Shown: in pieces, positions 12,905 to 24,131 of the stretch
How the letters are laid out: every line of letters starts with the position of its first letter
How positions within the stretch are numbered: position 1 is the first letter of the stretch
NCBI RefSeq assembly: GCF_011386835.1
Contig: NC_088795.1
Location: forward strand, 23,622,001-23,686,000
Source of the DNA: Chrysemys picta bellii
Lineage: Eukaryota
Length of the DNA stretch: 64,000 nucleotides
Direction of reading: 5' to 3'
Program-made: the position numbers and the translations under genes
Notes under the pieces: model-generated
What the model saw: only the letters and a program-made list of their open reading frames with translations
What the model was told of the DNA's origin: nothing
Database searches by the model: none

Positions 12905-13782
12905 TATTAAGAGCATATTAAGAATGCCAAATCATCATTACATTAAGGTCATACATCAAATGAAAGGCATTATTTTCAAATCTATCAGAAATTACCTTCC
13001 CAATCACACCTACCATGACCTTCAGCTTCTAATAGACTAGGAGGCATTCACATCTGACCATTCATAGAAACCTTAAGCAAATTATATTACAAGTTGTTCA
13101 CTTTAAATCGAACCCATATGCTTTAAATAAAATTGCATACAGAATTCTACCTCCTGACAAAGCACCTCTAAATAATTTTAGGAGAAATTCTATGAGTCCT
13201 TTACGGTTTATGAACTGGATTTGCAATACAGGCAACCGCTAAAGGCAATGCCATTTTACAGCAATAGTAGGCAATTGTGAGATGATAAACATTCTTTTGT
13301 GGTACATAATGGAAATTATACAGGCAACTGAAACAGTTCAATCACCTTTTATCAGGTTGTCCTAACCAGTCTGAAAATATTCATCTTTTCAAGTTACAAA
13401 GAGAGGCCTTCTAGAATGAACTGTCAAAGTAGATGCAAATCTTGCAACAGGATTCCATGGCCGGACAAGCTTACTGCACTGGAGATCTAAGTTAATGTCA
13501 GCTAAAATAAACTGTTGCTATTAGAGACAGGTTTTTCTCCAGAGATTTAAAAAAAAATCAAAATGCAAAGATGTCAAGAGATCTCTAGTAAAATATAATC
13601 AACTTCCTTAAAGTTATGCCTATTCTGTGCATGAAAATAAGCTAGCAGTAGCCACACTTTCTTCGAAGTAAGCTCCATGGGGAAGGTTCTAACAGTCAAC
13701 AAGGACTCCTTTCTTCAACTTTACTGGCCATGTTTTGACAATTTGAGGGTCACACGCAAAAAATTGCTCCCACATGTGTGTA

Positions 13783-13982
13783 TGTAACCCACACACCTTC
13801 TGGGTGTGGTGTTCTGTTCCATCTAATGGCACCGAAACCACTTAAAGAGAGAGATAAAATGAGTCTGCTCTACAGCCTTAGCTAACAGGCTTTTAGCTCA
13901 TGCGGTAGAGGCTCATGCACTAAGCTTCAGAGGTCCCCAGTTCAATTCTGCCTGCCGACGACCACAGTCTGTCAGTGTTACA
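13783..13982 (+). mobile_element. solo LTR of a tRNA-carrying TRIM (Helenus-like)
   Basis: TGTAAC...GTTACA termini; TGTA at 13779-13782 and 13983-13986 (4-bp TSD); internal A box TAGCTCATGCGG (13894-13905) and B-box-like AGTTCAATTC (13939-13948). Confidence 0.75.
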
Positions 13983-14684
13983 TGTACATTTGCTGCTGCT
14001 AGGTATGCAACTAAGGACACAGTACATGCACAACCAACTTCTTAGTTGTCAAACTGGGTATTCTGCACAAGCAACTTCCTAGTTTGCACACAGACTTGCA
14101 TGAAGGCCTCAGTTCAGAGGACAATTTAAGTATGTTCTTAAGTTTATGTAGGTAAGCAGTCCTCCTGACTCCAGTGAAACTACACACAAACATCTAACTT
14201 TAAGCATGTGAAAGTCACTTACTGCATCAGAGCCTAAATGCACTGACATTAATTAACACAAGTAACCAATAAAAACCCTTATGAGGTTATTCAAAGCTCT
14301 CATGTTACTGCTACATACAAATTTAACAACATTATCACAAAAGGGCCATAAAACTGATATGCCATTTAGTTCCAGCCACTTGTTATTCAGGACAACACAC
14401 TAATTCTCTTTAATTAAAGGTTTTAACTAAGGCCCAAATATGCAACTGTCAAAACAATTTCAGTATTTTAATTCTTGGTTACCATTCTAAAAAGTTCTAA
14501 AGGAATCTGTTCATTTATGAACTGGTAAATTTTCATCTAAATGAATCCTTGCCGTCTTTATCCTCACTATAGTTTGAAAGTTTAAGGTTATATGTGATCT
14601 TCTATTTGTTTACTTTTTTTTTTAAATTGTATCAGTCCAATATTTTTTTCCAAAGAAGTCGTCCTTTAAAAAAGGATCGCCTTT

Positions 14685-14792
14685 GCCCCCAATTAAACAA
14701 AGTACTTAAGCACATGTTTAAATACAAGTCACATGAGATCACTCATATGCTTAAAATTAAACACACGCTTCAGTACTTTGACAAATCAAGGC
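14685..14792. mobile_element. short palindromic MITE
   Basis: GCCCCCAATTAAACAAAGTACTTAAGCACATG...CACACGCTTCAGTACTTTGACAAATCAAGGC arms are imperfect reverse complements. Confidence 0.65.
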
Positions 14793-16279
14793 TTTTGTTT
14801 CTATATCATGGCACTTTCTCATCTATTGGTAACGTGTGAATGGATTTCCTTATTGTTTGTATTTAGCAGCAGAATACTGGCCCCAGTGCACCAGAGGAAC
14901 CTTTCTTACCGCACTATCTATAGGCTCCTAAGACTGTCCATTGGCGATAGCATGAGCTTTCAATTGACAGTGTGGTCATAGACGTTTAAAGGAAAGTTAT
15001 TTTTAAAGCATAATTGAAATATTCCAAGTCTAGCTTTCCCTCCCACACCCTTTGTTAGACACTTGCAATGAAAGGGAAGATTCCTCATATCACGATTCTA
15101 TCTCTGCATCTTCTTGATTTTGATTTTAAAGGATTAAGCCTGACTATCTTCAGCATTTCCTACCCAGATAAAAGATTCTTTAGAATAAGTGTTATCATCT
15201 GTGTCCTTTCAAGAGAGACTGGCTGAACTATCACCATAGCAACACAAAGAGGCCTTGAAAACTTGCACTGAATGTCAATACATCATTTAAAAAAATATTT
15301 TATTACTACAAATTTAAACAATGGATCCATATTATGTTCTAGACCAAATGTGTTTACAAATCTGGGAGGGAGGGAGGAAGGGAGGGATAGGAGAGGGTTG
15401 GGGACCACCTACTTTCATTCTGATTATTAACTTTTGCTGAGAAAAAAATAATCCTTTGCTGCATTTCACAGTGTGCTGTGGAGAAGGAGGGGAAAGGATT
15501 CACAGAAAGTAGCTTCTTATTACTCACTTAACATTGATGCCATACTTCATCGAGGACAGAACATAGGAGAAGTCACAGCCCTTACCCTAAGGAGATGATA
15601 ACTTCCCACCCTACCAAATGCATCTGGCACAAGAGCAGAGCAATGTGTATTCTTGGCACTCCCCCAGCCTCAAGAGAGCATAGTTAGATGCCAGAGCATA
15701 GTTAAAGCCCTCAGCCCCACTCTACAACTGTAATTAGTACCATGTAATAGGGATTGGGGTATATTGTTTTTTTTTTTCCCCTTCTCGGTGAAGCAGAGGA
15801 TATCACCCCCAGAACTTTCTGAGCACTGACTCCTTATTGCCAGCAAGGAGGCCTAGGAGTCTGTGCTCAGCTGCTGCTGCTCTCTAACCAAGTTCTTAAC
15901 AAATGTACTTTTAGTGAGGGCAGGATTTTGCCTACTGCATGCAAATCAAATATGATCTAATAATTTCCCAGATATGCTTAATGAACAGCTTTCTAATTAA
16001 ATATTTATGAGCTCCTCCAAAACAAAAATCATTGGGGGGGGAGCGTGTGAGATAAAATTGGTCTTTTTTTCCCCCCCTAGTGCCACTGTATGTTGGCTTA
16101 GGGGCTCTTCAAAGAATTTGAACTTTCCTGCTACCTCTTCTGGCATGTTCATTTGCTGCTTACAGTAATTAAGATAAACAAATACCATATATTATTTAAA
16201 AACGTTAAGCACTTTTGTTCCCAAGACATAACAACAAAGTTAACCAAACATTAGGCAGTTCAAACTAAAGGCCTATTTT

Positions 16280-17084
16280 AGTTGGTTCCACTTTTTGTTT
16301 TTGTGTTGGATGGCTGTCATGAGGTTGTTTTGTTTTGGTTTTGGTAATTTTGGGTTTCTTGCATGATTTCCAGGTAAGTTTCCTGATTTTTTTTCCTTCC
16401 AGTGTGTTGGAGTATGTAATGATTTCTTGTTTGAGCTAGTCCCTTCTGGAATATGTGAGGTTCAGGAGGTGGTTCTGCATATTTGGAACTGTAGGTTGTG
16501 GCCAGAGGGATCTAGATGGTGAGTCCTCTGGGGATGGTATTTTGTTTCTTGTATTTCCTCAGGAAGTAGATGACATGGTTAAGTTTCGCCTCCTTTTTCT
16601 TCATGTTGTGGAGTTTCCATTTTACACAGCAAAATTCAATATCTTCCACTGTTTGCAGTGTTGTTGCAGCTGTGTAAGTCCCAGGATATTAGAAAGACAA
16701 GGTAGATGAGGTAATATCTTTTATTGGACCAACTTCTGTTGGTGAAAAGACATGCTTTTGAGCTTACACAGCAGTCTTCAGGATCCGTGAAAAGTACTGA
16801 GTGTCACAGCTAAACACGAAGTGGAACAGATCGTTTAGGATAAGGAGTTAACACATATTGTAAAAAGCAACAGAGAGTCCTGTGGCATCTTTAAGACTAA
16901 CAGATGTATCGGAGCATAAGCTTTCGTGGGTCTGACCAAGTGGGTATTCACCCACGAAAGCTTATGCTCCAATACATCTGTTAGTCTTAAAGGTGCCACA
17001 GGACTCTCTGTTGCTTTTTACAGATCCAGACTAATACGGCTACCCCTCTGATACTTGAAACATATTGTAAGAGACCAATCAAGG
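16280..17084 (-). mobile_element. inverted Penelope pLTR plus the start of the next ORF (5' part of Penelope insertion 2)
   Basis: About 16650-17084 is the reverse complement of the pLTR at 17967-18153; below 16649 the minus strand reads (V)EDIEFCCVKWKLHNMKKKEAKLNHVIYFLRKYKKQNTIPRGLTI*, containing the PLE N-terminal FL..C....IP.GL pattern (C mutated). Confidence 0.85.
16860..17059. mobile_element. ultra-truncated Penelope (second family) forming a hairpin, nested in the first family's pLTR
   Basis: Arms 16860-16931 and 16950-17021 match at 70/72 nt; flanked by direct repeat ACATATTGTAA (16853-16863, 17060-17070); contains CTGACCA-A-GTGGGT-ATTC-ACCCAC-GAAAGCTT-ATGC hammerhead remnant. Confidence 0.9.
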
Positions 17085-18153
17085 ATCACCCACACTTACT
17101 TACACAGATCCAGTAACCACCCTGAACACACCAAGAAATCTCTTGTCTACAACCAGGAACTCAGAACATAATCCAAGGAAAAGTCTGAGATGCATACCTT
17201 AGCATACTTAAAACCACCTTCACCAAACAAAGACACTCCATCCAAGAAGTAGATTGCATCATGAAATGGGCACCCAAATACCTCGAATAAACCTGCCTTA
17301 ATACAGAAAAAACAACAACCTCCAAATGCAACCCCCCTAGATACCACCTACCACCCACACTGGTATCATTAAACCCCAAATTCTTTCCTGAACCCCCTCT
17401 TCTGGCCTTCAAACAGCTCACCAAGCTCATCATTAGAAGCAAGCTCCCCACAGATCAGGACACACCAACTGAAAGTGGCACCAGACCCTATCAGAACAAG
17501 AGATGCAAAACCTGAAGACATATCTTTACGGTTCATATGATAACCCCCACAACACACTTTTCAAGATCCATGGGTCCTATACATGCCTATCACAACATGT
17601 GGTGCACCTCATCAAGTGCACTAAATGTCCTAACAACAACTATTTGGGTGAAAGAAGACAATCACTATCCTCTTGAACGAACTCACACAGAAAAATGATG
17701 AAAGACAAAAACACTGCATCACCTGTGGGCGAACCCTTTTCACAAAATGATCACTTCATATCTGACCTCTCAGTCCTTGTCCTCAAAGGAAGACTGCACA
17801 TCATCTTAAAAAAATCAGTCTAGGAGCTTAAATTCATAACTTTGTGAGATACGACAAATCGTGGACTGAATAGAGACTCTGGATTTGTGGCCCATTACAA
17901 CTATCCATAACCCACTAATTCCCTCTTTTGTCCTATGACAGCAGAGATGTTAACTGTCCACTTCACTTTGAATGATCTCTTACAATATGTGTTAAGTCCT
18001 TATGCTGAGCAATTTGGTCTACCTTGTATTTAGCTGTGACACTCTGAGTGCCTTTCCCAGACATGAAGAAGAGCTCTGTGTAAGCTCAAAATCATGTCTC
18101 TTTCACCAACAGAAGTTAGCCCAATAAAAGGTATTACCTTACCCATCCTGTCT
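17083..18153 (+). mobile_element. Penelope-like element 3' part (RT C-terminus, GIY-YIG, pLTR)
   Basis: Homologous to 9780-10745; GIY-YIG region (YTCLSQHVVHLIKCTKCPNNNYLGE); pLTR with AATAAA at the end. Confidence 0.93.
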
Positions 18154-18759
18154 TATTTATATTATTACACATTTTACTTGGTACTTATATATACAGAGCA
18201 TCCGTTCCTAGCCTTAAAAACATATAGCATACTTTCTCATTAAATATGTTCACTTTATGGTCTTCTCAACAAGACCATTTTTATAGCCATGTTTGCACCT
18301 CTGTCATACCACACTACTGCCTCGCATCATTATTGGGGAGCACACCCTCTTTCAACAGTATTTGGTTATTTATTTCAATTTTATTTACATCTACACACAC
18401 CCAAAAACATTTTCAGAAAGACGCACAGAAAGTGTACACCCAAGATACTGTTAAATAGACTAACTCCTACATTCTATTCAGCAAACATCATCTATAGTTT
18501 AGTAATCCCTGATTTTACAATCTAAAGCCTTGAACCTCCAAGCTGCTCCATATAAATGGAATCATCCATCCATGCAGAGTTGAAATGAAGTCAGTGTGGT
18601 TCTGTATGGCGACTGGAGCCTGACAATGCAAAGCCAGTTTGCAGGCTTGGCATCTAAGAGGGACACAAACAGAAGACACACTGAGATATCTAAATGCAGG
18701 AACACATTACTGGGTTTGGGTTTTTCCCCCAATTCTAAATCCTTTATTAGTGGCCCTCA

Positions 18760-18900
18760 TAGAAAAAGCAAATTTTAAAGGAGATGTTGAATGAAAAGAG
18801 GGTCACAGTTTAATGAATGAGGATGGAAATGATGTTCGTGTAGACAATAGCGTGAAAAAAATGTATGGAGATAGGAGAAAGAAATGAAAGGGGCATTAAG
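18760..18900 (-). mobile_element. old L2-like fragment
   Basis: TTTTAAAGGAGATGTTGAATGAAAAGAGGG resembles the reverse complement of the L2 3' region as I recall it; short and decayed. Confidence 0.35.
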
Positions 18901-19125
18901 AATGGTGCTCCACAACACTCAGTCATTACGCCTTAATCCTCCCAGTAAACTGTAGCCTTGTATTTTATTTAAAGTGAATTTAATAATGTTGTATTACACC
19001 ACCATGGGGTTTGGCTCTGGTGGCTTCAGTTTCGAGCTCAACAAAGTGAAAGCCACTTCTGATACCTGCTTCAGATTCAGAGTGTCTAGGAACACACATA
19101 CAAGTACACACAAGTACAAGATCTA

Positions 19126-19419
19126 GGCCATGTCTACACTAGCACTTACGTCAGCAAAACTTTTGTTGCTCAGGGGTGTGAAAAAACACACCCTTGAGTG
19201 ACATAAGTTTTGCCAGCATAAGCGCTCATGCGCACAGCGCTATGTCGGTGGGAGATGCTCTCCCGCCAACATAGCTACTGCCACTCATTCAGCTGGTATT
19301 ATGATGTTGACGGTAGACTCTTTCCCACTGGCATGATGCGGATACACAAGCACTCTTACAGCAGCAGAGCTGTATCAGTACTGCTATGCCACTGTACGCT
19401 TCTAAATATAGACATGGCT
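19126..19419. mobile_element. PIF/Harbinger-type MITE
   Basis: GGCCATGTCTACACT...TATAGACATGGCT TIRs; CTA on both flanks. Confidence 0.88.
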
Positions 19420-22132
19420 CTACTCTGTTTTACAAGTTTTATTAAAGTTACAATTAAGTTTATGATTACCCAAGCATTTAAAAATCCTATAAAGACCTAT
19501 GCACAAGTTACAAATATAGTTATACTGACTTCCTTAACAATATTCTTAGGGTCTGATGGATGCCTTACCAATTAATCATCAGGAGAGGGATGATTCCTGC
19601 TAGCATTTTCCTGTAAATAATTAATTTTACCTAATTTGAGAGCCCTCCTTTATCTTGTGATTATGACTTCACTGACATTCTGTGCATTTGCACGGAGGTG
19701 TCCATTCACTTTTTCCTCATTTGTATTGTGTCCCCCAAGAATACTGGGGCACTCCATTTTTCATAGGTTCCTTTTATTCTCATTAGGAGTTACACAGATA
19801 GTGCACCCTGCGGTTAGAGCATGTGTTAGAAAAATGTGACTATCGGGTATCTTGTAATAAAAAGTTAATCTTGCCTTTAATTTTTCACAATATCACTCAC
19901 TGGCAAATCTTTTCTCATAATTTTGTGGCATAATTCTTTGGTCACTTATGTCAAGGATTTCTTAAATCTATGGCCTAGTATTGCTAAACTGACATTTTAC
20001 AGGCCTCAGCTTGTAGGTTTGCGATTCAGCCCTAAATACTTAGATACCTAATACACACTTATGTCTAAATACTAATCAATCTCATACGTCTATAATCCTA
20101 CAACTTAAATCTATTTAGCATACAATGATTATATATGACATGACATGTTAGTTAATCATAACATCACACAATAAATGAATGATAAAATTAAGTAACTGGT
20201 TCCAATATGCTTTGAAAATTTCAAGGTAATTTACTGAAATCTTAATCAAAGATATGCTCAGCAGTTCTGGAGATGTGTTTCCCTCCTGCCCCCTGTATAG
20301 TCTGGGAGATGTATTGTTACAAATATACTAATCAAGTGATAGTATTTGCTTTCGATTCATGCGGATACATTCAAATATGTTTCAGCAGTCACAGTGCAAG
20401 AGGTGCACATTTTGAAGTATGCAAATCTCTACAGTATCAGAGGTCAGAGCTTGTTACTGAGACCCGTGTGTGCATGAGACCAGAGACATTGATATGATTG
20501 CCACGGTGCTTTTGAAAACATCGCCAGTGTGTTTTTAAAGGGGGGAAAAACAGACTTGCTAATATCAATTAGGTGAAGGAAAAAGTCAACCAGGAAGCAT
20601 CATTCACTCCTTGAGCACATACGGAAATTGCCTTAGACCAAATCCACAAGAGATTACAAAGGCGAAACTGCAGATCATTATTAGTAGTGGAGAAGGTAGA
20701 ACAAAGAACACTGCAGGTTTACCTCTCAGTGGAGGGAAAATACAAATTTACTGTAGTGTTTCAGCCTGAATACTCTAGATCCCAGTCCAAAACTTTGAGT
20801 CCTAAAACCTTCTTCAAATACTTCTTATTCAGAGAGGTACAGAAGGATATGATGCAGAATCATGTTCCTAAAATACCATTACACACTCTATAAAAATATG
20901 TTCCAATATTTGACTGAATGTAATAATAGCAAAAGTAATGTCTATGATGTAGCTAATCATTTAATTATAGATAAGTCATTTGTTGTGAGTCTATCTCAAA
21001 AGTGGAATACATATTACAGTTGGATACAGGCCTGAGCCATGGAGTTCAGATCTTGATCTGGATCTGAATTCAAACTGCCTATGTAGGTTAGAAGGAATGG
21101 GGATGGACAGACTTCAGATCTGGTGTCGCGGGTCAGATCTGTTACTGGTTGCAATAAAATAGAAAGAGCGCAAATATTTCTAAGTTTGATCCTGACTTAC
21201 CACATTTGAATCTAGGTTGAGGACCTGATTTCTAGCTTCTTAACCTTTCAAAGTTTGCAAGTGTTCAGACTAAGGTTTTGTGGAAATAGAATTTCTGATA
21301 ATAAATATCCAAAATTAAGTTTCCTTACTGCTAGCTGAACTGAAGATAAGGACTTTAATGCAGCCCGAAGATCTATCCTTGAGTAATGATGGTTGATACT
21401 ATAGAATCCTAAATTATTTTTAAAATTACCTTGTGCATTTTAAAATGTATGGCCTACAATGTTAACTGCAGTGCTTTGTCACTGCACAAAGTATTTTCTT
21501 CTTTTCATTAAAAATGTGTCTTTTCCATTCTCCAAGAACTCAATTGTTAAGGAACAACCATCCTGCCTGGTATTTCAAGATAAATGCTGCTACCCATGCT
21601 GTGGTTATGATTCTCATCCAAAGCAGTGGTGCAAGATATCAAACTACAGTCTGTTTAATTTGATAGGATTTACTTGGAAGCCCACTACTACACTCCTGAA
21701 GCTGCCATCAGACCTTACATCAAAGCAGTAAAACAGTCACTGAAAAATACTGAAATATCGAAGTAGAGCAAAGCTTTTAGGAATGAATGGTCTTTAAACT
21801 ATCAGTTACTGAATAGAAAGATTATGCAAGTATTAAGAATTATTTATATAGAAATACAAAACCGTAATAAAACTCTTTAAAAATCTATTTCCTGGGATAT
21901 GAATGTCCGTTGCCTACCTCACACTGAAAAACCTCCTCATTACCACAACCACTGGAAGGTGTTTACTGTTAAACAAAAGAAACTTACCCAGGCTCAGGCC
22001 AATTTCTGCCCTCAGCTATATCATCATAAATCTTGGGGAAGTGGAAAGGAATTGCTCATGCATATCTAAGGGCACAATTTGGTTTTGCTGCTTAAATTGC
22101 AATGGAAACAAATATTTTAACAATTCACTCAC

Positions 22133-22253
22133 CGTTTGGTCACATCAGGATATTTTGGCTCTTCTTTTTTCTTTGCTTCCCCAGGTGGTTCTATGGGTGT
22201 AAGTACTACGGCAGCACAGGAGACTATGGACTGATATGAATCTTCCCGGCAAA
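22133..22253 (-). CDS. CCSER1: internal coding exon of CCSER1 / FAM190A (coiled-coil serine-rich protein 1), 121 nt, phase 1 in / phase 2 out
   Basis: Acceptor TTTTATCTTCACAG, donor CG|GTGAGT; open frame (V)CREDSYQSIVSCAAVVLTPIEPPGEAKKKEEPKYPDVTKR matches the recalled human CCSER1 segment VCREDSYHSVVSCAAVVLTPMEPMIEMKKREEPEFPEPSKQ; to my recollection the human exon has the same length and phases. Too short to appear in the ORF track. Confidence 0.93.
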
Positions 22254-22531
22254 CTGTGAAGATAAAATACTTTGAGTATTACAAAGCAGACTCGATGTCA
22301 ATTTAAAATTTATATAATCATCAATTGACATTCACAATATGATGAAAAAAAGAAACACCACAACACTACATTGCATACCTGACTACACAGCATCTCAATA
22401 TAAGGGTTATTGTAATGAGCCCCACCCAGCATAGACACACTGATGCTACAAGATCACTTTAAGTCAGCGATGGGGTAGCGTTTCAAGGAAAGGGTTATGG
22501 CAGGCTTAGAACCTAGAACTAATTGGTATAT

Positions 22532-22592
22532 GGGCTTGATCCAGCACCCATTAAGTCTTTCCATTGAATGCAGTAGGTTTTGGATCAGGCCC
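22532..22592. mobile_element. short palindromic MITE
   Basis: GGGCTTGATCCA...TGGATCAGGCCC inverted ends. Confidence 0.7.
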
Positions 22593-23199
22593 TCCAATAC
22601 ATCCTTGTGGGCTACCTAATTTATCTTCATTGCTGAGCTTCTCAGGAGTAATGGAGCAAAACTCTTGTGACCAATTTGCATGGAAACAAGCCACTGAGAA
22701 TATATTTATGATCCTATTGGTGGGATATGCCAATATTTTATTGTCTGTGAAAAGTTCTCCGAAATTTTGCTACCTGTTTATCAAGGAGTCTCTCTTTGTT
22801 CTGGCATTCTCATCATCTAGGGGTTCCCACAGATTATTTTCTATATTGTTATTCAACATAAACTGTCCACTCTTGCTTTACAATATTCTCATGGAAAATC
22901 CATGACTGTTGTGAAATTCAGCATGTATTTAATCAAGTAACACATAATAGTCAATATTAAAAATAATTATAAGGCATTGTAAGTGTGTTTCAAAAAGAAT
23001 AAATTCTTCATTTTAATGAATACATTTGCAATTAAACATGGGCTGGCCTCAACCTGAGCCAAGTGGCCAAAGGTCATTCTACGTCATTCTGCCTCTGTTA
23101 CCCCTCTCTTCGGGGCCGTTTACAAACTGATTGTCCACACGTAGTTCAAACAAGCTCTCTCTTGGAGTCTACTTTATTGAGTCCTCTGGTCCTTTAGGC

Positions 23200-23361
23200 C
23201 AGTGGTCTCCAAACTTTTTTGATAGCGCACCCCTATCAGTAAAAAAATGTTGAGCACGCACCCCCTGCTGCGCCAAAGCAAAAAAACCAAAAACAAAAAC
23301 AAAACAAAACTGCCGCGCATCCCCAAGGATCCTCTTGCGCACCCCACTTTGGAGACCGCTG
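23200..23361. mobile_element. hAT (Charlie-like) MITE
   Basis: TIRs CAGTGGTCTCCAAA / TTTGGAGACCGCTG; 8-bp TSD CTTTAGGC / CTCTAGGC. Confidence 0.93.
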
Positions 23362-23955
23362 CTCTAGGCCTTAAGGCCAGTTCACTGTCTGCCTGCTGAT
23401 TAACAAAGCACAAGCTCATGCAGTCTTTGGCCCAGCTGGCCATCACAAGTCTCTTCCCTGCTTGGACAGGGTCTCCCCGAGGCCTCCCTGCCTGAAGAGC
23501 CTTCTCCCACTCTCTCCTGCTTCTTCAGCTTTTTCCCTGCTGATTCAGGATCTGCAGAAGCCTTCTTGCTCCCGGCAGTATCTACAGCCATAGCTGCAAT
23601 CTCCTTGTCTTCCCACCTTTACTGCCACTTCCTGCATTGTTTTTTACATGCGGATCACTTGATGCAACCCAGGTGTGTGTCATCCTGTAACCAGGGCTGG
23701 CTTATCCCACGGTCTCCAGCCCATGAGCATCCATCCCTTTGTGATGTAATGAGCGAAAAGCTTTGTTCTCTCATTCTCTGCCTTTTATAATCTTCCCCGG
23801 CTCTAGTGGCTAGATTGTTACCTCAAAATCCAGTCCAATTAAGGGACAGTGGATAGTGAATAACTGTGCTGGCCCAGGAGCAGGACAGGGACCTAACTGT
23901 GATTCTGAGAATAACAATTTGGATGCCTTATTTCATGGTGGAAGTAGGCTGCATC

Positions 23956-24131
23956 CAGGGCCGGCGCAACCCATTAGGCAACCTAGGCGGTCGCCTAGGG
24001 CACTAAAATTTGGGGGGCGGCGACCGCGGCGGTATTTCGGCGGCGGGAACTTCCGCTGCCTCTGCGGGGGCGGCATTTCGGGGCGGGACCTTCCGCCGCC
24101 TAGGGCGGCAGAAAAGCTGGCGGCGCTCTTG
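23956..24131. mobile_element. hAT MITE, CpG-rich and probably young
   Basis: CAGGGCCGGCGC...GCGGCGCTCTTG ends; perfect 8-bp TSD GCTGCATC. Confidence 0.93.

Noticed and set aside
13346-13501. Possible minus-strand exon (TTTATTTTAG acceptor, GTGAT donor, DINLDLQCSKLVRPW... frame)
   Set aside because: The long frame needs phase 1, but the upstream CCSER1 exon ends in phase 2, giving an immediate CGC TGA; weak donor and no homology recognised.
13889-13958. Functional tRNA gene
   Set aside because: A and B boxes are visible, but I cannot fold a convincing acceptor stem or anticodon arm, and it lies inside a TG..CA element with a TSD; treated as a tRNA-derived cassette.
14910-14927. Possible 18-nt micro-exon before a strong GTAAGA donor
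   Set aside because: No polypyrimidine tract at the acceptor and a TAG stop in the CCSER1 frame.
15364-15386. G-quadruplex motif GGGAGGGAGGGAGGAAGGGAGGG
   Set aside because: A short purine-rich simple repeat of a type common in vertebrate introns; no evidence of function. The poly-G at 1673-1690 is similar.
13433-20426. Three ATGCAAAT octamer sites (13433, 15939, 20419)
   Set aside because: Not clustered, and an AT-rich 8-mer is expected several times by chance in this window.
22133-22253. Assignment to the paralogue CCSER2
   Set aside because: The CREDSY.S.VSCAAVVLTP motif is in CCSER1 as I recall it; the corresponding CCSER2 region is unrelated.
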